NCBI RefSeq assembly: GCF_006345805.1
Contig: NC_042999.1
Coordinates: 102,176,001-102,240,000, forward strand
DNA length: 64,000 nucleotides
Source: Octopus sinensis
Taxonomy: Eukaryota
Reading direction: 5' to 3'
Numbering within the stretch: the first letter of the stretch is position 1; every line of letters starts with the position of its first letter. The position numbers and the translations under genes are program-made. This document shows, piece by piece, positions 25,030 through 38,617 of this stretch. A model generated the notes under the pieces. That model was not told the DNA's origin and did not search any database. It saw only the letters and a program-made list of their open reading frames with translations.

Positions 25030-26617
25030 GTACATACATATGTATATGCATACATATAGATTTAGACATATGTATACGTATGTACACATTCTCTCTCTAT
25101 ATATGTGTGTGCGTGTGTGTGCGCGCGTACATAGATTTACTCACACATATAATATGCACACATACATGTACACAAACACACACACACACACACACACGTA
25201 CAGGCGCATAAATGCACACACATTTTACCCAATAACGTAGACCATTTTAGATTACGATCGCAACTATTCCGCAGCAAATGTATTTAATTTTGAATGTGAA
25301 CAAAAGAAACCGGAGATAAAATAATACACATAATACTCTACTTTGCTTTGATCTGGTGCAATGAAGCGACTTTTGCCCCAGACAATGCTTCTGATCAAAA
25401 CATAAGTATTAAAAAGCACGGTACAATACATTACATTATATTACAATACATTACAATACATTGTAAGACACTAAGATACTAACGCACAGAATAGAACACA
25501 CTTGCCGTACACACGGCAATAGACTAAGATAAATACCTACACACACACACACACACAAGCACACACACACATACACACATATACACACGCACCCACAAAG
25601 TAAGTGTGTGCGGTAGGTTATAGTACTGCTTATGTATGAAACGTTCGTACTACTTTAACTTCGTTTGTTGGTCGGATTATTCTCACCCGTCTTCAGGTAA
25701 CATACGTTTCTCATGCTATCTCTTTACTACGTTAGAGACATCTATTTTGATATATAGATCGAGATTATTTTGAGGGAGTAGATTTAATGCGTCGCCCTGT
25801 CCAAACTCCTCCAGTTGTCTCTTTGGGCATCGTTAATGGAGTTCCCTCTATTTCATATGCATTTGGATCAGTGCTCAGAACTGTGGATTACTCTGTATTG
25901 TGATGTGCCCTAAGCTAGTTCAACTACTTAATCTGTTTAGTAGCGTCCTCTTCGTGATTTTGGAAGCTCATAAAGATGCAACAAAAGTCAAAGGGACATC
26001 GAGTGGATGCTATGGAGGTTGGATGCTTAGAAGTGGGACTGAGATGTTTCTAAGTCATTAGATATTTAAACCAGCTTATTTTTTAAAAAAATCTTTGTCG
26101 AGATTAACGGTGAGAAAAGCGTGATTGATGACGTGCTAGAGTCGAAATTAATTTTGTTATATAAGTCCTCAATTAGTAATTTCCTGGAAAATTTAACATA
26201 GGTGACATAGTCAGCGCAGATATCTCAAAAGGAAGTACATGCTAGATGGAAATGTATTAGAAGATACTGAATTAGCTTCTGTTTCACAGAAGATTAATAG
26301 GGGTAGGGCAGTTTGTAAACCGTCATCCAGTGAAAAGGGGCACAGATTTACAAAAGGTTGGAGAATATTGAACTATAGCAATCTTTAAGATGTGGTCTAT
26401 CTTCCTCGACAACTTTCGGGGTTCTTGCAAATAGAGGTGTTGTAAGCAGTGAGCAATCGTCCCTAAGAGTAGGAAAGAGCACAAATTTCCTCTGGTCTAT
26501 CATACCTGTTAAGGTAATGAAGCCAACAGTGTCTTTACTCCCAGGTACTGAAAACCCTGACTACGCTACTGTATGCAAATTTGATGTGTGCTCCCCGTCT
26601 TTCTCTCGCTTAGCCAT

Positions 26618-26840
26618 AAAGTAAATACTTCAAATTTCGGTCGAAGGCCAGCAATTGGGGAAGGAGGTTATGGATTACATCGATTCCAGTATTTGACTGG
26701 CTCTTTATTTTATCAATACCAAGAGGATGAAGAGCAAACTTAACTTCGGCAGAATTTTAGCTTAGCACGTAAGAAGCCGGAAGAAATGTTGCTAAGAATT
26801 TTGTCCGACTCGTTAACAATTCTGCCACCTTGCTGCCTTA
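26618..26840 (-). mobile_element. SINE family A-related copy
   Basis: AAGGCCAGCAATT..GATTACATCGA..CGGCAGAATTT..CTGCCA..CGCCTT pattern. Confidence 0.7.
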
Positions 26841-27355
26841 CTATGTCATAAAATAAAGTGGAGAGAAGAAGACTATAGCCATTTCAGCCCTTCCCAGTTA
26901 CAAAAGGGCGATATAATTGATATTTTGCTCAAATCTTTGATCGTTAAAGAGTGCAAAGTTTTAATAGAGAGAGTGTATGGCCGTTGGAAGTGATGTCTGG
27001 TAAGGACAAGATAAAGAAAGCGAACAGGATGAGTGTGGATAAATGTAAGTATATTAGTTAACCGTTGAGAATATCAAGGCTTGCTGTTATTGCACTAGAA
27101 GTGATAAACTAGCTATTAATATTTAACTCCAGACCAATCCTGAAAAAGTAGACTTAGGATGAAAGACATTTACAACCGTGGCCATCCCATTTTGTTTTTT
27201 AGGGTTAGGGAAACCAGGACATCATTATGTAACGTGTCCTTCTTTTTTCCATAACCATAAGATTTAATTTAAGGGAGATTTTGCAGTTATTTGTAGCAGG
27301 TCGAGAGGCCACACCAAAGCAGCTTCGTATGTTGGAGTACGTTGATGGGTATCAG

Positions 27356-27595
27356 AAGCGGCAAGCTGGCAGAAACGTTAGCACACCGGGCGAAATGCTT
27401 AGCAGTATTTCGTCTGCTGTTACGTTCTGAGTTCAAATTCCGCCGAGGTCGACTTTACCTTTCATCCTTTCGGGGTCGATAAATTAAGTAATAGTTACGC
27501 ACTGGAGTCGATGTAATCGACTTAATTCCTTTGTCTGTCCTTGTTTGTTCCCTCTGTGTTTAGCCCCTTGTGGGCAATTTTAAAAAAATAAGAAT
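27356..27595 (+). mobile_element. SINE family A, full length
   Basis: Very similar to 14334-14566. Confidence 0.9.
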
Positions 27596-27699
27596 TTTAT
27601 TTAAAGCATCAAAAAAAAAAAATTGTTGGGTGTGTGCCTTGTGTGTAAGTGAATGTGCATATGTGAACGTATGTACGTGTGTGTGTGTGTGTGTTTGTA

Positions 27700-27764
<65 letters not shown>

Positions 27765-28147
27765 CGTGTGTATTACAGCCCGAAGTACGTGAGCCATGCT
27801 CTTACTTGGTCTTCACTTATCGTTTCAAGAGAATCACTAACTGCTCTCATACGCAGCTACTGTACATGATGTTAATAAAACAACGTAGCCTTTTCTCTTT
27901 TGTTTAAACATAAATAAAGAAAAACAGTGAAAGGTTACCAGTGAAAGCATTTATTTAATCGACAAAATTATCCGTGTATCATTCACTCTTCCGCGATAGT
28001 TTACATTGTGACAGCATACTATCACTTTGCTCGTAATATATACAAACCTTAAAAGTTTCTGAAATTTCTTCTTCGTCGGATCTAACATTCACTTTTCTGA
28101 GGCGGATAAGATAAATACCAAACCGAGTTGAAAAGAAAAAGAAGAGC

Positions 28148-28600
28148 TATTCATATTGGTTTTAAATTTTGGAACAAGGACAGCAATTTTGGGAGAACAG
28201 ATAATTCGATTACATTGGTCCCAGTGCTCGACCGGTACTTATTTTATCGACTCCGAAAGGATGGAATACATAGTCAACTTTGGCGGGATTTTTTGAACTC
28301 AGAACATGAAAAACAGACGAAATGCTGCAAAGCATTCTGCCACGCGCGATAATGACTCTGCTTACTGCCTCAGAGGAACTATTCATATTGGTTTCAAATT
28401 CTGGCATAAGGCCAGCAATTTGAGGTAGGAGGTAAACCGATTGTATTGATCCCAATGCACAACTGGTACTTATTTTATCGAACCCAAAAGGATGAAAAGC
28501 AAAGTCAGCTTCGGGAGAATTTGAATTCCGAGCGTAAAGACGGACGAAATGTCGCTAAGTGTTTTGTTCGGCGCGCTAACGGTTCTGACAGCTCGCCACT
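28148..28600 (-). mobile_element. Two adjacent family A-related SINE copies
   Basis: Both start CTATTCATATTGGTTT on the plus strand and carry the TTTATCGA..GAAAGGATG and TTTGAA.TC blocks. Confidence 0.75.
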
Positions 28601-29089
28601 TGATGGGGACTGTTCCTATTACAGAGTGTTAAACAAAGTGATGTCAAGGAAACTTCTGTAAGTAACACACAATATAGCAAATGATTTAATCAATTCTAAA
28701 TAAGGATTATACTTTTAGACTTTACTTCATAAGAATCGGAGTAGCTATACTTGCTAAAGGCGGCGTGTGGAAGATTTAATAAGCGAAAATGGTCGCGTTT
28801 TAATACCGTTGAGCCTCATTCGGTATCGATGCAGACTCTGAAATATACTTTAAGTCTGTTTACGTATCTTTCAATATGCGAGATAAATCCTCCGGAGGTA
28901 TAGATTTGGCAATTAGTGTATTAAGAAAATTATATAAGACCTTGCCTCCCGCGCCATGTTGCATAAAACATGAATCCAATAATTCTATGTATGTATTCAA
29001 ATAGCTATGAAACAGACTGGTGAGTGTTTAACGAAGTAAATATAAACTGTACGAATGCATATGTGTATATAATTATCAATCACCTTTAC

Positions 29090-29115
29090 GCTCTGTCTGT
29101 CTGTCTATCTATCTT

Positions 29116-29183
<68 letters not shown>

Positions 29184-29223
29184 CTATCTATCTATCTATC
29201 TATCTATCTTATCTATCTATCTA

Positions 29224-29283
<60 letters not shown>

Positions 29284-29449
29284 GGTTTATCAATCTATCA
29301 ATCTATCTGTCTATCTGTCTGTCGGCTGGTCGGTCTGACTGTTTGTCTCCCTGTCTGTCTGTCTGTCTGTCTACTTGTTTGTCTGTCAGTCTGTTGATCG
29401 ATCGATTTATCTATAAGTCAATCAATCAATCGATCAATCAGTCTAAATG

Positions 29450-29492
<43 letters not shown>

Positions 29493-29493
29493 A

Positions 29494-29530
<37 letters not shown>

Positions 29531-29594
29531 TTCTATCTATCTATCTATCCATCCATCCATCCATCCATCCATCCATCCATCCATCCATCCATCC

Positions 29595-29676
<82 letters not shown>

Positions 29677-29702
29677 TTATCTATTTATCTATCTATCTAT
29701 CT
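29090..29702. repeat. Long compound (TATC)n/(TCTG)n/(TCCA)n microsatellite
   Basis: Read directly. Confidence 0.95.
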
Positions 29703-30045
29703 TCTTGTACTTATTTCAGTCATTGGACTACGGCCATCGGAGCCTTGACTGGTTTAGTCATTCTAATCGACCACAGTCTTATTCTTATGATATCGATCTT
29801 ATTTGCTGAACTGTTATGTTAAGTATTCTGTTATGTTAAGGAGTATATAATACTGGTTGTCAAGTACTGGGTAACAAACATAAGCATATATGAAAGGCTT
29901 CCACATGGTTTACATCTACCAAATTCACTCACAAGGCATTGGTCCAGAGCAATACTAGAAAACACTTGCTCAAGGGGACGCGGAATGAGACTCAACCTGA
30001 AATCACATGGTTACAAAGTGAGATTCTTAACCACGCAGTCAGGCT
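29703..30045 (-). mobile_element. Adjacent family C and family B SINE copies
   Basis: TATTTCAGTCATT.GACT.CGGCCAT (C), then TCTACCAAATTCACTCACAAGGC..CTTAACCACGCAGTCA (B). Confidence 0.7.
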
Positions 30046-30119
30046 TGTGTATGTGTGTTTATAAGCACACACATTTATATCTATGTAACTATATACGTGT
30101 GAGATTTTATATGTGGGTG

Positions 30120-30156
30120 GATATATATACATGTATATATATATATTATATATATA

Positions 30157-30252
<96 letters not shown>

Positions 30253-30267
30253 GATATATATATATAT

Positions 30268-30303
<36 letters not shown>

Positions 30304-30385
30304 GCATACATACATGCATGCATACATACATACATACATCATACATACATACATCATACATACATATATACACCTATATATATAT
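30120..30385. repeat. (TA)n/(CATA)n microsatellite
   Basis: Read directly. Confidence 0.95.
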
Positions 30386-31264
30386 CTGTATATGGATTAA
30401 AGGATGCATGTTTCTAATTATGTATGTGCATTCAAGTATTTTTGCATGCATGTCATTGTGTGCATGAATCTGTATATGCATACGTTTATATGTTTACACA
30501 CGTCATATTATGAAATATTTCAAGCGTTGTTTTGAAATAACTTTGATGTTATAACTACGATCAATTCCAGATAACTCTACATGTATACAGAATTTGGGTT
30601 AAGATGTAGTTTACGGCAGTAAAAAATGTGAAAGTAAATTATCCTCAAAATAATGAAAATAAATTGCAATGATAACCGAAAGTGACGTCAGTGAGGGACC
30701 ACAATTTCACGCAAACAATGTATGTGACATAATTAATGTATAGAATATACATATATTTAATATAACACGAAAGCCTTATTTATATATCATATAAGATGAA
30801 AACATTCACACTTCTGAGTAGTGTTCGTTACCAGAACGGTGTATCGCAGCTGCTAATTCTAAAATACTTAACATATGACTAGAAGTTACTGTACATCTAA
30901 CTTGCTGTGGATGCAGTATGAAGATAAAGTTCTTTATGTTCTTTTTAATGAAATTTTGTGATGTAGTTGTCGTCACTTCCGGTTTGTTTCACAATTTTCC
31001 TTCAGCCATCTAGGACAAATTACTTTAATTTTTTTTTTACGACCGTAAACTGCATGTTAACCCACAATCTAATCACGAGAGCATTTGTGGGTTGGTTTTT
31101 TTCTGTCAAAATAAGCAAAGTTGAATATAAATCAAAGATTGAAATCTTTATCTTTCAGTTCATCAATCTATCAATCCGTTTTATTCTTTCTCTCGATATT
31201 ATAACCCCTAGAATGAATACGCACGTTTATACAATATCAATTATATATCAATCTGGATTAAATC

Positions 31265-31520
31265 GTGAAGGCGCGTAGCCTAGTGGTTAGGTCGCTGCTT
31301 TCACGATTGGGGTTTCGATACCCAGACCAGCCGTGCTGTGTTTTTGAGAAAACCACTTCATTACACATTGTCCCAGTCTACTCCTAAATAAGTAAACCTA
31401 CGACAGACTGGGGTAATTTTAGCCTGCCTACCAAGCCAGTAGGGTGGCATTAGTCGAAAGGTTCAACAATGTGTGGAATCACATTGTGATCAGCGGTGTA
31501 TAACAACACCTGATTATTAT
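31265..31520 (+). mobile_element. tRNA-derived SINE (family D)
   Basis: GTGAAGGCGCGTAGCCTAGTGGTTAGG..GGTTTCGATACC head. Confidence 0.75.
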
Positions 31521-31565
31521 ATATCACACCGTATCACTGTGATACGGTGTGATATATAATAATCA
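31511..31565. repeat. Perfect 55-bp palindrome (27-bp arms, 1-nt spacer)
   Basis: TGATTATTATATATCACACCGTATCAC-T-GTGATACGGTGTGATATATAATAATCA. Confidence 0.95.
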
Positions 31566-32025
31566 CTATAAAAGCCGGAATCGTGTAAATTTCATGCGAG
31601 AATATTTATTTTCCTTATTTATTATTTTAATGCATAAATTTTTAAAACTTTATAACATTGTCTCATTATGTTAAAAATTTTGATTATGTTACCGATTTGG
31701 TTCCATAGTTAAGCATTAAGCGTGACAAACTGTGACAAGCAGACTAATATAGATTTTTAATTTGTGGTTGAGTGAAGTTTATCAGATGCACAGAAAAATG
31801 ACTATGTATGTGTGTGTGGTGTGTGTGTGTGTGTGTGTGTATGTGTGTGTGTGCGTGTGTGTATGTATCTTTGTATATGCATATGAGTATGTATATATAT
31901 ATGTGTAGATTATATATATATATATATACTATATATACATACATATATATACATAAATATATACATACACACACACACATATATATATTATATGTATATA
32001 TAATATATATATATGTGTGTATATA

Positions 32026-32061
<36 letters not shown>

Positions 32062-32134
32062 TATATATATATATATACATATGTGTATATATATATATGT
32101 ATATATCTATCTATCTATCATCTATCTATCTATC

Positions 32135-32166
<32 letters not shown>

Positions 32167-32178
32167 ATATATATATAT

Positions 32179-32470
32179 GGGTATTGGACGTCACTAACGG
32201 TGCAAACAACATGAAATAACGTAAACAACGAGAGAAAATGGAAAGCAGGACAAGTAAGCACATAGAAAGGATCTTTCATCAGTTGTCGTCTCATTTGAGC
32301 ATTCAACGACAATATGAGTCTTCAAAGACAGTTGCTCCCATAAATTCTAAAATAAAATTTAGGATTTGTGGGGGGTCAAAGTTGGGAATAAAAACAGGAC
32401 AAGGAAACCGAACGAAAACAAACATGGAGATCGTTAGACCTGAACGAGAGGAAAACAGTGAACACTGGCA
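32179..32470. repeat. Dispersed repeat family E
   Basis: Homologous to 7291-7497. Confidence 0.6.
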
Positions 32471-32803
32471 GAAATATTTTCTTTGAAAAGAGAAAAGATA
32501 GAAGAGAGAGAGATAGAAGTTCAGTCTTTTGAACGTCCGTGCAGGAAAGAAAGATGCTCATGTGAGGAAAAGAAAGATGGATGATGGTCATGTGTGAGCA
32601 ACGAGAGAGAAAGAGAGAGAGAGAGAGAGAAATAGAAAGAGGGGAGAGAGAAAGAGAGACAGACAGCTAGAAAACGGTGAAGGAGGGAGGGAAAGAAAAG
32701 GGAATTAGAGAAGGATGGAGGAAGAAAACAGTATCGAGTAGTGTCGATAGATAGACAGACAGACAGGTACAGAAATAGACTGATGGAAAGCAGACAAACA
32801 GAC

Positions 32804-32804
32804 T

Positions 32805-32845
<41 letters not shown>

Positions 32846-32846
32846 G

Positions 32847-32885
<39 letters not shown>

Positions 32886-32908
32886 GTAGATAGATAGATA
32901 GATAGATA
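32804..32908. repeat. (GATA)n array at the 3' junction of the Tx1-like LINE
   Basis: Read directly. Confidence 0.95.
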
Positions 32909-33366
32909 AGTTTCTTTATGGGCCACACAGGGCTGCACACAGATGGGACAAGTTACAAGGTAGAGCTTTTCTTTTGGGGGATGAAGAGAACAAAAAACAA
33001 AAGAAAAAAAAGGGGGTGGCGTAGGTTTTCGATCAAGAGGGATCGTAAAAGGGAAGAAAAGAACAAAAAAAAATTGAATAAAATAAAAAGAATAAAAAGA
33101 AAAAAAAAGAAAAGGAAAAGGAACAAAAAGAAAGAGAAATGAGAAAAGAAGAAAAAAGGGGAAAAAAGGGGAAGAGGAAAAAAAAGAACGATCAATAGGG
33201 ATCGTGTATCACAGTGTTATGATATATGGTGTAAAGGGGAAAGCAAGTAAGGTTTATCCGTGGGAAGAAAAGCCTACGAAAAAGACCACGGTAACCTTGG
33301 TCAATATTGTTATATGTTACCACATTTGTTTGCAAGTGGGTAACCCTCTGTTTTCAATTTCTGGGT

Positions 33367-36300
33367 TCATAGGATTATGCTCAAGGTGGCTTCGTCATTC
33401 ATACGTGCCATCCTTGCTACATTCACCCATCTTTTTTTAAAACATTCGCTAGACAAAACTTGCCTCTCTACTCTCACTTTCTTTTCAAGTGGTACTTGAA
33501 GAAGTTGATGAGAGATTGACCAGAGAGGAAAGTGTTTGTCTCCATCCTTTCAGACGCGTCCACCGATACATTCTTTCGCCATAGCCACAAGGATGATGAA
33601 AATAGCTCTTCCTTCCCGTTTGAAGGAAGGAGGCGTGACAATATTGACGATAGACTCAGCTGATAAACCGACTCGTCCCACACGTGACAGCAGTTGTTCG
33701 ACATAAGCCCACAGGTCGGAAATTGTTGGACACTGCACGGGTGCGTGCAGAACGGTTTCGTCGCTCTGACCGCATCTCGGGCAGGTCGGCCCCGTTTTTC
33801 TCGAGCCGTGTCTGTAGCTTATCCCGAACGGGTAGCGCTTCTCGGTAGCACTGCCAGGCCAGGGATCTCTGGAAGTTGTCCATGGGCCCTGGCCCGAAAG
33901 TCGTCCTGAACAGGCGGGTCAGGTACTCCTCGTCGACGTCCAGGTTCGCCCCGAGCTCGTCGTCGTACCTCCCCTCCACTAATCCCCTATAGAATGCTTT
34001 GGTTGTGTTGAAGTCACTCAAGGTCGACCCGGGACGGCAGAGTTGCTTGAGAGCAACGCGACACTCGCGGTGCCAATCGCCTTCCTCGGCCTCTTTTTGA
34101 TCCACGACTGCAGTTCGGTCATGGAGACGAGCTGCGGGAAAGCGTGCCTCACAAACGGCGACCACACCTGTTCACCGTCGTCTACATAGAGCCAGAGATG
34201 TCGCAGTCTCAGCGCGTGTCTGCGCATCATCAACCACGGCATGCCCAGCCCTCCTTTTAGCGGGTGTTGACAGCAAATGGATCGCCGGACCATCGGGACG
34301 CATCCTTTCCACAAGAAGCGAAAGAGAATGCGTTGTAGTTTGGTGATGGTAGGGTCGGGACAAGGTACGACGGTCAGGCGGTAGTAGATGACGGACGCGA
34401 TGTGTACGTGTTCGCCACCTCCGCCCGACCTTTTAGGGACAGTTTCCTCTCGGCCCATTGCGGGCGAGAGTGACCACTCTACTCGTTATCTCGTTCCAGT
34501 TCTTCTCCACTTGGAGGTCCGGACCAAACCAGACCCCGAGTAACTCAACCGGCCGTCGGTCCAGCGTCCGACGACGGAGGCGCTGGTGGACGGCATGGGC
34601 TTGCTTCTCCAGGTACCTAGTCGCAAGCCCACTGACTTTTCCCGTTGATTTTCGCTCCTGTCACCGCTTCGTAGTTTTTCAGTGTCTCGCCGACCTGCTC
34701 GATGTGCTCGTGGCTAGACACTATGACGGTGACGTCGTCCGCGTATGCAGACACGCTCGTCCCGCATCCCAGTTCTCGCGGGATGCCCCTCAAAGTTGCC
34801 AGCTTCCGCAATAATGGCTCGAGAGTCAATACGTATAGAGACGACGAGAGGGGGCATCCCTGACGGACCGAACGTGCGATGTCGAAGGGTCTCGATAGAT
34901 GTCCATTCACGCGAATTACCGAACGGATGCCTCTGTACAAAGCGGCTATCCAGCCGCGGAAGACGGGACCGAAGCCTGCTGCCCTGAGGACCGCCTCCAA
35001 GTATCGATGGTCTACCCTATCGAAAGCTTTCGATTGATCCAAATTGATCAGCGCCCCACCCATGCCAGGTTCGTTAACTACCCTGTCTATGATGTAGCGC
35101 ATCAGATGGAGGTTGTCATGGATGGTCCGGCCCGGCACGGCGCATGTTTGCGCCCTGTCGACCAGTTTCTCGATGACAAGCGCCAACCTCTTGGCTAGCA
35201 CCTTGGCCAAAATTTTCAAGTCTGCATTAAGCAGAGTGATGGACCTAAAGTTATCTATTACTTTTCCCTTGTTTAGATCTTTCTTCAGCAGTGTTACGGC
35301 TCCTCGGCTCACAAAACCAGGAATGCTCCCGTTTTGCTGCCAGTTGCAGTACACCGCCGCCAAGAGATCTCCAAACAAGTCTGGCATACAATTGTAAAGC
35401 TCGTAGGGTAGACCATCCAAACCGGTGATTTGTCCCTCGAGCATTCTGCCATCGCCTCCTGCACTTCCGCCGCCGTGATGGCACTTCGCAGCACCCTGCC
35501 TTTCTTGTCGAGAGTCGTGGTAGGCTATGTAGGTAGGCACTGAAGTCCACCCTACGTTCTTGCCCTCCACTCGTCCCGAACAGTCGGGCAAAGTGCTGCT
35601 GAAAGGCCTCAACATTTTACTTGGCTCGAGCAATTCGCGCCCCTGTTCATCTACCAGGGACCGAATGGTGGCTGTGTTGCCTGTTGCGCCTCTGCACCCG
35701 GGCCTCTCTCGCGGCTCCAACATCTTCGTTCCTTAGAGCACGCATCCTAGCTCTGACAGCACATCCTTCGTGTTTGGCGTTGAAGTGTTGGTCGAGGGCC
35801 AACCTCGCCGCCAAAACGTCGGATGCGATGCCGCTTCTAATTGCCTCTTCTAGCTTCTTAACTAGCTCACCCTCAACTCTATTTCTATCTATGGCTAGTG
35901 CTTTGCTGTACCTAATCGCTTCTGCTTTTACTGCTCTCTTGAGGGCAAACCACCATTTGTTGTTGATGATGGCTCCCGTCAAAGCCCTCTTTACTAGTGT
36001 GCTAATCCGGTCTCTGAAAACCTGTCTCGATGGGAAAGACGCGTTTAGTTTCCAGTATCCGGGACCCTGCCTAAGTGTCTTACCTAAGTCTAGCGTACAT
36101 GTCACAAGTTTGTGATCCGTGTAGCTGACTATGTGGAATTGTGGACATCCTATGCTATCTCTGTCTACTGTCCTACACAGTATCCTATCTAGATACGATC
36201 TCGACGACCCGATGCGGTTGCTCCATGTCCACGTTGGCGCATTCGGGTGGTCTAGTCGGAACCTGTCAGACAGTTGAAAGCGTCTGAGCAGGTCTCTGAG

Positions 36301-36766
36301 GCATTTGCATCCCCGTCTATTCCTATCTCTACCCACGTAGTATACATGCGTGTCCAAGGTAGCATTCCAATCCCCCACTAAGAGTAAAGGACGAGACGTT
36401 CCCAAGAATACTTCTAGACGTTGAAAGAAATCCGCCCGACCTGTTAAGGGCGGTGCGTAGACTGATACGAGTCGAAAAGCGCACCCATTGCTGCCGTCGA
36501 CATCCAGGACGACCAGTCTACCCTACCAAGGTCCAGACTCTTGCGAAAAAGTACCGCGGTGCCACTACCGCCCATTCTCGCCAGACAGGGGGAAAAATAA
36601 ATGTTGAACTGTCCGCCAAACATGGTCTTTAGGGCCCGCGGATTGTGGAGTCTGGTCTCACTTATGGCTATAATTTCTAACTTATGTGACTTTATGTCAT
36701 TTAAGAGGTACCCTTATTTCCAAGGGGACCCCAAGCCACGCGCTTTACACAACCAATCTTGATCAT
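33367..36766 (-). pseudogene. LINE ORF2 (AP endonuclease, reverse transcriptase, C-terminal Cys/His region), multiple frameshifts
   Basis: Motifs: MIKIGCV.., IAISETR, VSVYAP, LLVGDWNA, SRSYLDRI, TDHKLV, GPGYWKLN, PGLDGLPYE, RSITLLNADLKILAK, DQSKAFDRVDH, VRQGCPLS, SAYADD, KGGLGMP, REALPVRDKL. Ends ..TLSIIL* at 33367. Confidence 0.93.
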
Positions 36767-36810
36767 AATCCTAATGAATTAGAATACAAGTGAAAGAAAC
36801 AGAGGGTTAC

Positions 36811-37147
36811 TTACTGCTCGAACGTTTTTGCTTTCTCCTCCGTTGGTTTGTCCTCGAGGAGATCCCAGTACAGTTTCTTTGTGAGATATTTTTGGCATTT
36901 ACCAACCGCACTGGGGAAAATGCCTTTGAGTGTGTGGTGCAGACTTTTGGAGATGTGTAATATTTTGATGTGGTCTGGTGGTGTTGTGTATGGGTGATTG
37001 TTTGTTTTTATGTCATCTTCTGTTATGTTTGTTTTTGATTGGATGTATTCCATCAAATTTGTGTTTTTGGTGTCTATAGCTGTGAGCATGTTTGCTGTAT
37101 ATATTTTTGTGGTGTTGGTGTGGCTGTTGTTTGTGTCGGGTTTTGAA
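36811..37147 (-). pseudogene. Putative ORF1 C-terminal remnant (about 111 codons open to the 5' junction)
   Basis: Open frame SKPDTNNSHTNTTKIYTANMLTAIDTK..KAKTFEQ*, ending 44 bp before the ORF2 ATG. Identity is inferred from position only. Confidence 0.55.
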
Positions 37148-37432
37148 AGATAGATAGATAGATAGATAGATAGGTTAACTTACATGTGGCGTGTGACTTG
37201 TAGAGACCCTTGTCGCTGGGTATTGTAGTTTATCTCATTAGCGCTTTTGAATCAATGATACTTCATAAGACGTTCTCAATCCTTATTTTTTGTTCTTCTT
37301 TGATGATAGCGACTACTGGTGCCGGTTGACGATTCTGGAAGTAGTAGATGTATTTCCGTGCATCCATCTCATTACGACGGTCCATCCATCTCATTACGAC
37401 CTTCAACCTATACTCTAACCATGTTGCCTGAG

Positions 37433-38119
37433 CAGTGGCGGCTCGTATATAGGCACTGCGAAACTGCAGCACCCCTATTCCCACTCGATATTATTGATAA
37501 CATTCAATATAATGAATCCTTTTTTCTTTAATTCTTTCTTTATACTTGTACATTATATAATCCTTAAACTTAATGTTAGTAGCCAGATCCCAGTTTATGA
37601 AAAAAATATAAAAATCATTGTACAGAACTCTGCGCTTCACAGTTCCAGCGACGCGGTGTTTGGCTGTTGAATGCATGATCACATGTCCGAGATAGGAGGC
37701 TCTGCGCTAGGTAAAGAGAGCACTGTGGTTCTCGCAGTGTTGGTGAAAGGTAGTGTTTCTTTTTGACTCCGCGTGCATTGTGCTTAAAAACGTGTTTATA
37801 TTCTTGAATGTGATAAAGTGTATAATTAGATTTTTATTCTGCTTTCAGTTACAGTGCTGCTGTCAATATTTGAAAAATAGGGCAGACTTCTCCTACTATT
37901 TTGTGATATAGGGGCGATTTTTGAAAAAAAAGAGAGAATTCGCGGCGGTGTTCAGTGAAAAAATTAAACATACTACCTGGAAGTGGCTAAAACACAAACC
38001 GATCAAGTTTCTGTCTAAATTTTCTTTTTATGTTTGTTGTCTTTTACACAATATTAAAACAACGGCCAAAAAATTTCTGAAGCAGCACCCTCATTATTGT
38101 TATCTACGAGCCTCTACTG
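37433..38119. mobile_element. Complete hAT MITE (687 bp)
   Basis: TIRs CAGTGGCGGCTCGTATATA and (reverse complement) CAGTAGAGGCTCGTAGATA. Exact 8-bp TSD TGCCTGAG at 37425-37432 and 38120-38127. Confidence 0.9.
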
Positions 38120-38189
38120 TGCCTGAGATACATCAGTACATTATATATATACATTCATACATTCATACACACACACATACATATACAGC

Positions 38190-38372
38190 TGTTCATGCAG
38201 GAATAAAAAATTGTGCCCGCTAAATGGAGCTTGCATGTCCGAGACCATCATCTATGAAGCTACCGTGGACTCTATAACCACTAAAGACACCGTTTCGACA
38301 AAGAAATACGTGGGCTTTACAGAGGGTAATTTCAAGGCCAGGTTATTGAACTTATACGTCACTATGAAAACT
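38190..38372 (+). pseudogene. Penelope-like element GIY-YIG endonuclease fragment (Penelope/Poseidon-type)
   Basis: CSCRNKKLCPLNGACMSETIIYEATV..KKYVGFTEGNFKARL matches CxCR-CPL-G-C and IY..YVG-T-FK-R. Confidence 0.85.
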
Positions 38373-38472
38373 TACACATCTTCACTCCCATTTCCGCCAA
38401 ATATATACGCATATATATACAAACTCATACACACACACATGCGTACCGTAATATTTCATACATACGTCTATA

Positions 38473-38506
<34 letters not shown>

Positions 38507-38514
38507 GTATGTAA

Positions 38515-38553
<39 letters not shown>

Positions 38554-38565
38554 TATATCTATATA

Positions 38566-38617
<52 letters not shown>

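Larger units (their letters stand above)
32909..37147 (-). mobile_element. Tx1/L1-clade non-LTR retrotransposon, probably 5'-truncated and inactive
   Basis: GC-rich island with an ORF1 remnant, a short spacer, an APE-RT ORF2 and a pyrimidine-rich 3' UTR. It ends CCCATAAAGAAACT directly into (TATC)n. Confidence 0.92.

Noticed and set aside
25655-25705. Hammerhead candidate on minus (GTTAC-CTGAAGA-CGGG..CCG)
   Set aside because: GAAA and the cleavage triplet are absent.
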